Part shown: one piece after another, positions 9,694 to 18,534 of the stretch
Layout: each line of letters opens with the position of its first letter
Numbering within the stretch: the stretch's first letter is position 1
Source of the DNA: Bdellovibrionota bacterium
GTDB lineage: Bacteria > Bdellovibrionota_C > UBA2361 > CALJRW01
Assembly (NCBI GenBank): GCA_041740355.1
Contig: JBGSMD010000063.1
Location: 142,612 to 206,611 of the forward strand
Direction of reading: 5' to 3'
DNA: 64,000 nt
Position numbers and translations under genes: made by a program
Notes under the pieces: generated by a model
Told to the model about the DNA's origin: nothing
What the model saw: only the letters and a program-made list of their open reading frames with translations
The model's database searches: none

Positions 9694-10319
9694 ATTTGGC
9701 TACCAAAATAAAGACTGAAGCTAGTGCAAATATTAGTATTAATCGGTCTGCTTGTCTAAGGAGTATTTGGAATATCAGCTTAGCTACGCTCTTGCTAATC
9801 CTGTTTAGCCCAGTGATGTTAGCAATTTATCTAATACTTCTTACTACAAAAATTAAAAATCCAATTTTCAAACAAATTAGAGTCGGAAAAGATGGTCGTC
9901 ACTTTGTAATTTACAAATTTCAAACGATGTACGATGGTGTAACCAATTCAGGGCCATTTATCTGTGAATCTTATACTGACAATCGTATTACCCCGATTGG
10001 TCAATATTTAAGACGCAAGAAACTAGATGAAATCCCACAATTATTTAATATCCTTAAGGGTGACATGAATTTTGTTGGGCCCCGACCAGAAATTCCTCAT
10101 TTTCACCATGAAAACGTTTTAAAAATACCTAATTGGGCCGATCGTTTACTAGTTAAGCCTGGCATTACTGGTCCAGCGCAAATCCACCCAAAAGTTTCCC
10201 ATAACCCAGCAGAAAAGATTATTTTAGATCTAGAATATATTAATAACCGATCCTTCCTGTTAGATCTTAAGATTATTTGGAAAACTGCTTACTCTTGGCT
10301 AACTAGAAAGTCTCTTTAG
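9687..10319 (+). CDS. Priming sugar-phosphate transferase (Bac_transf family)
   Basis: FKQIRVGKDG, YKFQTM, LDEIPQLFNILKGDMNFVGPRPE, KPGITGPAQ. Confidence 0.93.
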   Translation: MTNLATKIKTEASANISINRSACLRSIWNISLATLLLILFSPVMLAIYLILLTTKIKNPIFKQIRVGKDGRHFVIYKFQTMYDGVTNSGPFICESYTDNRITPIGQYLRRKKLDEIPQLFNILKGDMNFVGPRPEIPHFHHENVLKIPNWADRLLVKPGITGPAQIHPKVSHNPAEKIILDLEYINNRSFLLDLKIIWKTAYSWLTRKSL

Positions 10320-11468
10320 TTTAATCTGAATCATAGCTCCTACTACATCTACACTGAATTTTTCTTGTATAAAACTAATCGCATTTCTTGAAAGCTCTTC
10401 TCCTAAGGCAGGATCTGTAAGAAGCTTTTGTATTTGATTAGCAAATTCTTCAGCCGAATCAGCAACTAATAATTCACAATCAATTTTGGCATTAATTGTC
10501 TTAGCTACTTCGGTTGTAACAACAGTGGGAACTCCAAGTGACATCCCTTCTAGTACTTTATTTGGTACTCCAAAGACAGACTTCAGTGGCACTACCACAA
10601 TTAATGACTCCGCAACTATATTTTCAATATTAGCGACTTCTCCCGTAAATGTCGTATTTTTTGAGCTATTAATTAATTCTTCAGTAGGACTCCGACCTGC
10701 TACCTTAAATATAATATTAGGGTTCTTTTTCAAAACTAAAGGCATTACTTCCCGATCAAAGAATTTTACTGCTTCGATATTAGGAGAATAATTCATTTGC
10801 CCCGTGAAAACTATTTGTGCCTGTTTAAGGATTGGATCTGTGGTTGGCATTCTTTCAATAACCTGAGGTAACACAAAAACTTGATCTAAGTTTACCTGTT
10901 TGGTTTGAAAGCGATCTAATTCTCTTTGGCTTATTATAGAAACCAACTCGGCAAAATCAATAATTTTTTCTTCGGCAGATTTAATTAGCTTTGCTTCTCT
11001 CTGGTAAAGCAATCGTTTCCACCAACTTGCGTCTTTGGCAAACCTTGCCCATTTTAAAGAATCAAAATCTATTAAATCCCAAAATACTTTAGTCTTATGC
11101 TTATGGAAAATCGGAATCAAGTAATCAAAAGCTGATGAAAAAACTACTACGAAGTCATAGTTTGTTGCTGTTAATTTTAGCTGAAGTGCTTTAACAAAAT
11201 CTGCGCTTTGAAAGTGCGCGCTACTAAAACTCTTATTAAGTAATAAGTTCTTGATCATCCTTGTAGCTGTACTTAGTTTCTTAATTTTAAATATTTGATC
11301 CTGACCAGGACTGAACTTTTCAAGGACTACTGCTTCCCGTGAATCTAAGCATATTAAATCGATTTCAAATTTTAAGTATTCAAAGATCTTAATAACCCGG
11401 TGAACTCTAATTCGATCTCCTTTATCATCCGGATAAGGATAGTTTGGACTAACTATTAAGATTTTCAT
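10299..11468 (-). CDS. GT4 glycosyltransferase, PEP-CTERM/XrtA-system type (TIGR03087-like)
   Basis: PYPDDKGDRIR, DLIDFDSLKW, FTGQMNYSPNIEAV, GVPNKVLEGM. Confidence 0.85.
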   Translation of the reverse strand: MKILIVSPNYPYPDDKGDRIRVHRVIKIFEYLKFEIDLICLDSREAVVLEKFSPGQDQIFKIKKLSTATRMIKNLLLNKSFSSAHFQSADFVKALQLKLTATNYDFVVVFSSAFDYLIPIFHKHKTKVFWDLIDFDSLKWARFAKDASWWKRLLYQREAKLIKSAEEKIIDFAELVSIISQRELDRFQTKQVNLDQVFVLPQVIERMPTTDPILKQAQIVFTGQMNYSPNIEAVKFFDREVMPLVLKKNPNIIFKVAGRSPTEELINSSKNTTFTGEVANIENIVAESLIVVVPLKSVFGVPNKVLEGMSLGVPTVVTTEVAKTINAKIDCELLVADSAEEFANQIQKLLTDPALGEELSRNAISFIQEKFSVDVVGAMIQIKLKRLSS

Positions 11469-12780
11469 TGTCCTTACTTGTAATATTTTTTAAGCTTATT
11501 GCTACAGTAACATAAAACCAAATTATCTCGGTGTGAAAAGTATTTACGAAAATGCTAGCTATTAAAAAGCCGATTAATCCAATCGGAATAAAACTTATAA
11601 TATTATCTAAGCGTTGTTCCGGGTACTTAATTCGAAGAATTTTTAAACTCGTGTAGTAATATTTAAAGCAAGTAAGAATAATCGCTAAAAATAAAAAAGT
11701 TCCTACAAATCCAATTTCTGCCAGAAGTTGAAAATACAAACTATGAACAGCTCTGTGTTCTCCATAAATACCATCACTAAAATCATATTCATGAAAGCGA
11801 TCCTGATATTTCTCAATTCCAACTCCCCAAATTGGGTTATCCGTAGCCATCAGCCAAGCAACCTTCCAGAAGTGAATTCTTGATTTACCAGATTCATCTT
11901 CTTCTGGCTTATTAAATAGTGTTGATATCCTAGCTTGAAATGAATCAATAGTCTGGCGAACAGGGTTGTCAGTTTGGAAATCACGATCAAAGGAGTACTG
12001 CTCTAAACTGATAAATTGATTAGTGTCATAGGCATAATAGCCGAAGATAGCTAACATTAATAAAAGTGGAATCAAAAGCTTAACTCTTATTTTTAATACT
12101 AACAGGATAATTACTGCTAACAAGGCCAGAAACCCACCACGGGAAAAAGTTAACATGATTGCTAGCGCTGTTCCGAAGGAAAGAAAAAGGCTAGCAAGCT
12201 TAAAGTACCAGCCTCGTGCTGAAAAAATTAATCCAATTGTTAAGGGTAATGCTCCGACAAGTACTGCTGCATAAATATTATTATCTCCAATTCTCCCTGT
12301 TCCGCTAATTGATTGTGAGCCAGCAAAGAGTCCGAATACTCCATAATAAAATGCCAAGAAACTAATAATTACAGTAACAAAGGAAATGTAATATTTTAAA
12401 TAAACACGATTAGGAATTACTATTGGACTAATGATTGCGACAAAAGCACTTTTTAAGAGAAATTCACTTGTATAGATCATAGCATTCCATGTTTGGCTAT
12501 GTTGAAAAGCCATGGAGAGCAGAATATGTACCAAAAATATTATTACCAACCAGGTCAGCGCATTCATGATAAATATTTTTTTATAATGCAAAAATGCGGT
12601 GACAACAAAAATAGCTCCAGCTATTAAGGAAAGCCTCGAACCTTCTAGGATTCCATATGTTAATTCCAAAGGTGAGAAAAAAGAGTACCAATGATAGAGT
12701 AGCATTCCCCAAAAAGGATTAAAGAGACTCGCGGTTGCTCCTAAACAGGTGAAAAGTACTACTAGGGAAGCTCGTAACAC
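11449..12780 (-). CDS. O-antigen ligase/Wzy-like membrane protein (exosortase-A-system type)
   Basis: About 10-12 TM helices; DNN, TFSRGGFL, SRIHFWKVA, NPIWGVG, AVHSLYFQLLAEIGFVG (Wzy_C motifs). Confidence 0.85.
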   Translation of the reverse strand: MLRASLVVLFTCLGATASLFNPFWGMLLYHWYSFFSPLELTYGILEGSRLSLIAGAIFVVTAFLHYKKIFIMNALTWLVIIFLVHILLSMAFQHSQTWNAMIYTSEFLLKSAFVAIISPIVIPNRVYLKYYISFVTVIISFLAFYYGVFGLFAGSQSISGTGRIGDNNIYAAVLVGALPLTIGLIFSARGWYFKLASLFLSFGTALAIMLTFSRGGFLALLAVIILLVLKIRVKLLIPLLLMLAIFGYYAYDTNQFISLEQYSFDRDFQTDNPVRQTIDSFQARISTLFNKPEEDESGKSRIHFWKVAWLMATDNPIWGVGIEKYQDRFHEYDFSDGIYGEHRAVHSLYFQLLAEIGFVGTFLFLAIILTCFKYYYTSLKILRIKYPEQRLDNIISFIPIGLIGFLIASIFVNTFHTEIIWFYVTVAISLKNITSKDNENLNS

Positions 12781-12838
12781 CTAAATAACTCCCAACTTAA
12801 TAACTTCTTTGTTGCTTATAAGAATATAAAGATTTGTT

Positions 12839-13243
12839 TTAGTTCTCACGATAGATTTCTTGAAAGTTGCTTTGACTAAAGTCAATTATTTGTCCTTGAT
12901 CTTCAAGCCAGGCGTGAGCTTGGAACCCAGACTCTTGGTTAACCCCTAGTTTGATTTCCAAATTAGGGAAGGTATTTTTAAAAACCGTAAAAATTGCCAA
13001 CGTCCAAACTAAGCAATTACTAAAAATTTCAAAAGTTGTATATATTCGATAAGTTAAATCCTGCAAAGCCTCAAACGAATATGCCTGTTTAGTAGTTTTC
13101 CGGGATATAATTCGAAACACACTTAACGTCTGTTGATAGCTAATAAGCTTAAGTGAAACTTTGATTAGCAAGGCGAAAAATAGCAGTCTGATTAGCAACT
13201 GCTTCTCAGGGAAGTTCCAAAAGTTTCTGATAAAACTGGTCAT
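12839..13243 (-). CDS. Lasso peptide biosynthesis B2-like protein (transglutaminase-like cysteine peptidase)
   Basis: 134 aa; NCLVWTLA (catalytic Cys) and LGV...FQAHAWLE (His, acidic residue), typical of Transglut_core3. Confidence 0.85.
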   Translation of the reverse strand: MTSFIRNFWNFPEKQLLIRLLFFALLIKVSLKLISYQQTLSVFRIISRKTTKQAYSFEALQDLTYRIYTTFEIFSNCLVWTLAIFTVFKNTFPNLEIKLGVNQESGFQAHAWLEDQGQIIDFSQSNFQEIYREN

Positions 13244-13359
13244 CTGATTTTATTAATAAAGAATACTAAAGTCTGAGAAGTAGCGTAAAAGAGAAGTTGC
13301 TTTTTTGACTCTTAATATGATGCTATGCTTTTCTTAACTTTCTGGACATATTAAAAACA

Positions 13360-13644
13360 ATGCTTATTAACTTAAACAGTAAAATTGACCCCATTTCAGG
13401 AGTACACGTAAGCCAACTAAGTGATTCTGCGGTAGCACTCAATTTAAATAATGAAAATTATTATGGGTTAAATCCCACAGCTTTTAAAATGTATCAAACC
13501 TTAATTGCCAGTAAGGATATAAGCGAAGCCCTAGATCAGCTAAGTGCTGACTTTTTAGTAGCGGAGGAAGAGCTAAAAACAGATCTACTAGATCTAATTA
13601 CAGAACTAGAAACTAATGGCTTAATTTCAATTAGCCTAATTTGA
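13360..13644 (+). CDS. PqqD-family RiPP recognition element (lasso B1-like)
   Basis: 94 aa; VALNLNNENYYGLNPTA...DLLDLITELETNGLI matches the PqqD/RRE pattern. Its stop overlaps the next start (TTGA). Confidence 0.9.
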   Translation: MLINLNSKIDPISGVHVSQLSDSAVALNLNNENYYGLNPTAFKMYQTLIASKDISEALDQLSADFLVAEEELKTDLLDLITELETNGLISISLI

Positions 13645-15227
13645 ATAGTTTTCTCTTTCTTCAATCAACCCGAATTAAGGACTGGCAAGAATTAATTGCT
13701 AGTGGAGTTCCTACTTACCAAAATTCTAATACTGCTATTTATTCTGAGCAACTACAAAAAACGCAAAATGGTTTTGTGGTTATTAATTCACCTATTAATA
13801 AAGTTTTAAGCACAAATGATTTAAGCTCCTTTGCTATTCATGACCCATCCTTTCTAATTGGACTAGAAGCTGCAATTCTAAGTTACGATTCTGTAACTCA
13901 AAAAACATTGATTGCCCGTGATTTTCCAGGTACTGAAACGATCTATTACTACCACACTAGTGAAGATTTAATAATTTCTGATAATTTCAAAGCTTTCCAA
14001 GATCTAAAACTAACAAAAGATTTATCAAAACTAAAAACCCTGGAATATCTCACTGCTGAATTTTCCAATTCCAACTTAACTCTTTGGGAAAAGATTTTAA
14101 AAGTTCTTCCTGGTGAAATTATTGAATTTGAGAATTTCCAAATCAAATCAAAAACTAAGTTACACCCAAAAGATCTTTTAAATTTAGCTCCCAGTAAGGC
14201 TGATTTAAACCAAACACTACAGCACTCTCTCCAGAAATATCATCCTCAAATTAACGCCGAACTTAGTGGTGGACTAGATTCCATGACACTAGCCGACTTA
14301 ACTTGGAAATTACTCGGCTCAGAGTCACTCAAAAGTTACTCGATCCTATTTCCTGAAATGATTTGTGATGAAACTTTGCAAATTAATAACTTCTTACAAC
14401 TTCGACCTCATCATAATCAAAAATTAAATTTTTCAATAATTGAGGCTAAGGAACTTCAAGCCTTAGCTTCAAAGATTGCTTACTTTCCTGATTATCCAAA
14501 CAGCCTCTCCTCTGTCAGCTATCTTAAGAACTTGGCCAACAAAAACCAGGAAATATTAATTGATGGTTTTGGAGGTGATCAATTATTTAATCTCTGGAAA
14601 ACAAAAAAAGAATTTACTAGTTTTGACTATTTAAAATCAAAGTTATTAAATGATTTAAAGCTGCGAAAAATATTTAGAAAAAGAGTTTTCCCGTGGATTA
14701 ATATTAATGCTGAGTGTCAGCTTCTGACTCATTTAAATTCTCATTCAGAAATTTATCCTAAAAATCTTAAGACTCATCAACTAGCAATGTTACAGCAGTT
14801 ATTTTCTTCTGATTTTTCTGAGTATTTAGAATCTGCCTGTTTAGTTGCCAAAGCGCATGGTGCTTACCGTAGCCATCCCTATCTTCGCAAAGAAATAATC
14901 TCATTAGCTTTAAATCTTAACCTTAATGATTTAGCCAAGAAGCGTTTCTTGGGTAATAATCTTCAACAATCATTAGGTGCGAACTGGAAAGGGGCTAAAA
15001 AAGCTGACTTTTCAGAAACATTTATAGCTTACGCCCAACTACCAGATTACCTTCAAATGATCCTAAATGCTAAAAATCGCTTTAAAGAACTAATTGACCT
15101 GCAATCATTTAAAGATTTAGCGCATCTTAAAAATCGTTCTAGCAAACAAGTACTTGTAAACTGGAACCTGATTGGGTTAGAAATGATTATAGCTTCAAGC
15201 CACACTAATAACCTGAATTCGACATAG
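13641..15227 (+). CDS. Asparagine-synthetase-like protein / lasso cyclase (C) homolog
   Basis: ARDFPG, ELSGGLDS PP-loop, DGFGGDQLF, HPYL. No N-terminal catalytic Cys. Coupled to the PqqD gene. Confidence 0.8.
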   Translation: MNSFLFLQSTRIKDWQELIASGVPTYQNSNTAIYSEQLQKTQNGFVVINSPINKVLSTNDLSSFAIHDPSFLIGLEAAILSYDSVTQKTLIARDFPGTETIYYYHTSEDLIISDNFKAFQDLKLTKDLSKLKTLEYLTAEFSNSNLTLWEKILKVLPGEIIEFENFQIKSKTKLHPKDLLNLAPSKADLNQTLQHSLQKYHPQINAELSGGLDSMTLADLTWKLLGSESLKSYSILFPEMICDETLQINNFLQLRPHHNQKLNFSIIEAKELQALASKIAYFPDYPNSLSSVSYLKNLANKNQEILIDGFGGDQLFNLWKTKKEFTSFDYLKSKLLNDLKLRKIFRKRVFPWININAECQLLTHLNSHSEIYPKNLKTHQLAMLQQLFSSDFSEYLESACLVAKAHGAYRSHPYLRKEIISLALNLNLNDLAKKRFLGNNLQQSLGANWKGAKKADFSETFIAYAQLPDYLQMILNAKNRFKELIDLQSFKDLAHLKNRSSKQVLVNWNLIGLEMIIASSHTNNLNST

Positions 15228-15278
15228 GAATTCAAACACTTTGCTTATCTCGTAACGAATCTTAGGTCGAACTCAGGT
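15211..15278. mobile_element. 68-bp MITE-like element with IS982-like terminal inverted repeats
   Basis: Left end ACCTGAATTCGAC versus reverse complement of right end ACCTGAGTTCGAC (12/13, weaker pairing further in). TAATA direct repeat on both flanks (15206-15210, 15279-15283). The IS982 assignment rests on recalled AC-terminal TIRs. Confidence 0.6.
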
Positions 15279-15305
15279 TAATAAAATTTAATATTTACTT
15301 TAACT

Positions 15306-15620
15306 ATGTTTATAACTAACACTGAGTTTATCCCCGGAAAGCAAATTGTAACAATGTTTGGACTTGTTTCTGGAAGCACGGTGAGATCAAAGCACGTTGG
15401 CAAAGATATTTTTGCGGGTTTAAAAAATATTGTTGGTGGTGAACTAAAAGCTTATACTGAGCTACTAAGTGAATCTCGAGAAGAAGCGACAGCCAGGATG
15501 ATCGCTGAGGCAAAGGATCTAGGTGCAAATGCTGTAGTTAATGTTCGTTATTCAACTTCCTCAGTTGCAGCTGGAGCTGCCGAACTTTATGTTTATGGCA
15601 CTGCCGTTTTTGTAGAATAA
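15306..15620 (+). CDS. YbjQ/UPF0145 family protein
   Basis: GKDIFAGLKNIVGGELKAYTELL...REEA...GANAVVNVR...YGTAV. Confidence 0.93.
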   Translation: MFITNTEFIPGKQIVTMFGLVSGSTVRSKHVGKDIFAGLKNIVGGELKAYTELLSESREEATARMIAEAKDLGANAVVNVRYSTSSVAAGAAELYVYGTAVFVE

Positions 15621-15622
15621 AA

Positions 15623-16066
15623 ATGGAATTTATCATCCTAGCAGTTCTATTTTTTTCAGGTCTAATCTTTGGCACTCTTAATGAGCGTAAACATTATCGT
15701 TCAATTCACAAACGGGAAGCTGAATTAATTCAGAAACCAATTATTACTTTTGGGAAAAACTATAATCCTGAGTATCAAGATTATCATGGCGAGTTAGTCT
15801 CAGCGAATGTGGTAATTTCAATTGATTACTTTAAGAAATTTGTAGCTAATATTTCTAATCTAATAGGTGGAAGACTTGTTAGTTATGAAACGCTCTTAGA
15901 TCGTGCTCGCCGGGAAGCAATCCTACGCCTCAAAGAATCATGTCCCGAAGCAGATTTAATTATTAATACACGTCTGGAAACTTCTTCTATTACCCAAGCT
16001 GGCAAGAACTCAGTTTCCTGTGTTGAAGTTTTAGCCTTTGGAACAGCTTTATATCGTGTTAATTAA
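15623..16066 (+). CDS. Membrane-anchored YbjQ-family protein
   Basis: N-terminal TM; DYFK...GGRLVSYETLLDRARREAILRLKE...EVLAFGTA. Confidence 0.85.
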   Translation: MEFIILAVLFFSGLIFGTLNERKHYRSIHKREAELIQKPIITFGKNYNPEYQDYHGELVSANVVISIDYFKKFVANISNLIGGRLVSYETLLDRARREAILRLKESCPEADLIINTRLETSSITQAGKNSVSCVEVLAFGTALYRVN

Positions 16067-16068
16067 TT

Positions 16069-16860
16069 GTGGGAATTACATATCAAGGGAAAATACCCAC
16101 GCAAAATCATAATGTCAGTCAACAATCCTTAATTACCAAATCATTTCAAATAATTTTCAGCCTCTTTGCTTTTATTATTTTTTTCTCGCTGGCAATTTAT
16201 TTTAGTCTTGGAATTTTTATTAGCTATGCTCCAATTAATTTTGGAAGAACTCTAGGTGAAACATTACTAAAAACTTTTGAAGCAGATACCCTAAAAACTA
16301 AGTATCCCCAACAAGAACAAATCGAAGCAATCTTTAATAAACTAAAAGAAGCTTCTCCAGAATTAGAGAGTCTAGATTTAAGAATTATTAATAATCCAGA
16401 TTTCAAAAATGCCTTTGCACTACCAGGTGGAATTATAATCATTGGAACAGGGCTCATAAAAGAACTTAGAAGTGAGCAAGAGATTGCCATGATTCTTGGA
16501 CATGAGATTGGTCATCAAGTAAATCGGGATGCCCTAAGAAGGCTATCTAAGGGAGTAATTTTCATGCTCTTTTACTCTAGCTTAGCCATTAGTGGTGGGG
16601 AGGTTCCGGTTGCCTCTAGTCTTAATAATCTGCTGGATTTAAGTTTCTCCAGAAAACAGGAATTAAATGCCGATGAATATGGTTTAGGACTGTTGCAACA
16701 AGCCTACAAATCACCTTCCGGTGCAGTCGAAGCTTTTGAATCAATCTTAAAAATTGAGCAGGACTCTAAAGTAAATAATTATTTAGATCTAAGCTTTCTT
16801 AAAACTCACCCAGATACTAACTACCGCATCAAAAAACTCAAAGAAATGGTTAAAGAATGA
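16069..16860 (+). CDS. M48 family zinc metallopeptidase
   Basis: NAFALPGG, HEIGH, FSRKQELNAD, LKTHP..R; N-terminal TM. Confidence 0.92.
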   Translation: MGITYQGKIPTQNHNVSQQSLITKSFQIIFSLFAFIIFFSLAIYFSLGIFISYAPINFGRTLGETLLKTFEADTLKTKYPQQEQIEAIFNKLKEASPELESLDLRIINNPDFKNAFALPGGIIIIGTGLIKELRSEQEIAMILGHEIGHQVNRDALRRLSKGVIFMLFYSSLAISGGEVPVASSLNNLLDLSFSRKQELNADEYGLGLLQQAYKSPSGAVEAFESILKIEQDSKVNNYLDLSFLKTHPDTNYRIKKLKEMVKE

Positions 16861-18401
16861 TCTCAAAGATTAAACTAAGTCCTTACTGGATCTACTTAGT
16901 GTTATTTATATCTTCCTTTGCACTAAATACTAGCCTAGTACTTTATTTAAATCCCCAACCAGCTATTTATGATGAGTTTGCTTATTTAATTGGAGCTGAC
17001 TTATTTAGCCAAGGAAAAATTTGCGCCGAACAACATCCTTATTGGAAGCACTTTGAAGCTTTCATGATAATTAGCCAACCAGTCTATTGTTCTAAGTATT
17101 TACCTCTACAAAGTCTAATCTTAGCTCTTGGCCAAGTTCTATTTCAGAAACCAATTCTAGGCGTCTGTTTAATCTACGCCCTAACAGTCAGTCTGTCATT
17201 TTGGACTTTTCAAGCATTCCTAAGTAGAAAATGGGCACTAGTAGGAAGCCTCTTACTCCTAATTAATCCAACTTTAATTCATAATGTTTCTCTAACTTTT
17301 ATGGGTAGTGCTGGCGCTTTATTAGGTAGCTTCTTAATCTTTGGAAGCTTCGGACGATTATTAGATAAACTTTCACTGCCCCCTTCAATTACATTTTGCA
17401 TTGGATCAATCTTATTAGTTCTAAGTCGGCCTTATGAAGGCTTTGTGGCAATTTTGCTGACGACAATATTTCTAGCTTATCATTCATATTCAGATAAACG
17501 ACTGGTTAAATTCTTGCAAACATTTCTTGCACCACTTTTACTTACTAGTATTTTTGGAGCAGTAATTATCTTACTCTACAACTATTTAACTACAGGAGAA
17601 GCATTTCGCTCCGCTTACCTAATCTATGAATCTACTTATGGTTTTATGAGACCTTTTATTTTCTCTCCTCCACCACCAGTTCTGGAATTTAACCATCCAA
17701 TAATGGAAAAATTACACTTGGGACGAAATAATTACTTTAGAGTTTACTTAGACAGCTGGAAAGATTTATACATGTTTCAGGCAGATAAGTTTAAAATAGT
17801 CTTCATTCATTCTGTGCCCACTATTAGCCTAGGCTTATTATTTTTTACTTATTCATCGCTTAAAAATTTTAAGTTTAGATTATTAATTTTCCTCACAACT
17901 CTTTTTTATATTTTGGCACTGATGCCAGTGTTAGCAAGCCATGCTGAATACTCTAACCCAATTGTTGCCGCTAATCTGATAATCCTGACACTACTTTTAA
18001 AAACAGCTTATCAAAGATTTCAACATAGTAAGAAAATTTGGCTGCTGTTTTTTGCTTTAATACTGGCAGAAGCTGAAGGAATTTATCAAGCTTATCAAAT
18101 TAGCGCTGGACGCTCACATTCAGTAACTAATTCATGGCAAAAAATTTCCGAAAGAACAATGATACTAGGTGGTAAGCATTTAGTCTTGGTTAGTTATTCA
18201 GATATGATGCAAGCTAGTGAAGACCTTGTTTATAATTTTGCCCCAATTGATCAGCAAACAATTATTTATGCTAGATCTATCAGTCCAGAGGAAGACCAGT
18301 CTTTGTTAAATTACTATTCCAAGCGTCATCTTTGGAAATATGAATGTAACGGGTTTAATTGTCATTTGAGTCAAATACCTTCCAATAAACCTGCTAAATA
18401 G
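16857..18401 (+). CDS. Polytopic membrane protein, probable GT-C-fold glycosyltransferase
   Basis: About 11 TM helices; DE motif (IYDEFAY) after TM1, SKY.P, RPYE. Confidence 0.6.
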   Translation: MISKIKLSPYWIYLVLFISSFALNTSLVLYLNPQPAIYDEFAYLIGADLFSQGKICAEQHPYWKHFEAFMIISQPVYCSKYLPLQSLILALGQVLFQKPILGVCLIYALTVSLSFWTFQAFLSRKWALVGSLLLLINPTLIHNVSLTFMGSAGALLGSFLIFGSFGRLLDKLSLPPSITFCIGSILLVLSRPYEGFVAILLTTIFLAYHSYSDKRLVKFLQTFLAPLLLTSIFGAVIILLYNYLTTGEAFRSAYLIYESTYGFMRPFIFSPPPPVLEFNHPIMEKLHLGRNNYFRVYLDSWKDLYMFQADKFKIVFIHSVPTISLGLLFFTYSSLKNFKFRLLIFLTTLFYILALMPVLASHAEYSNPIVAANLIILTLLLKTAYQRFQHSKKIWLLFFALILAEAEGIYQAYQISAGRSHSVTNSWQKISERTMILGGKHLVLVSYSDMMQASEDLVYNFAPIDQQTIIYARSISPEEDQSLLNYYSKRHLWKYECNGFNCHLSQIPSNKPAK

Positions 18402-18534
18402 CACTAACACTTCTTTTTTATCTTCAGTAATGCATTTTTAAACCATTACAGGTGCGAAAATCAGCTAATCTCTAAGTTTTTTAAAGAATTTGCTATAAAA
18501 TCCTAGCGTAGCTGTCGATAGCCGATCCAGACGT

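Noticed and set aside
13641-15227. Housekeeping asparagine synthetase asnB
   Set aside because: No N-terminal Cys, and translationally coupled to a PqqD/RRE gene.
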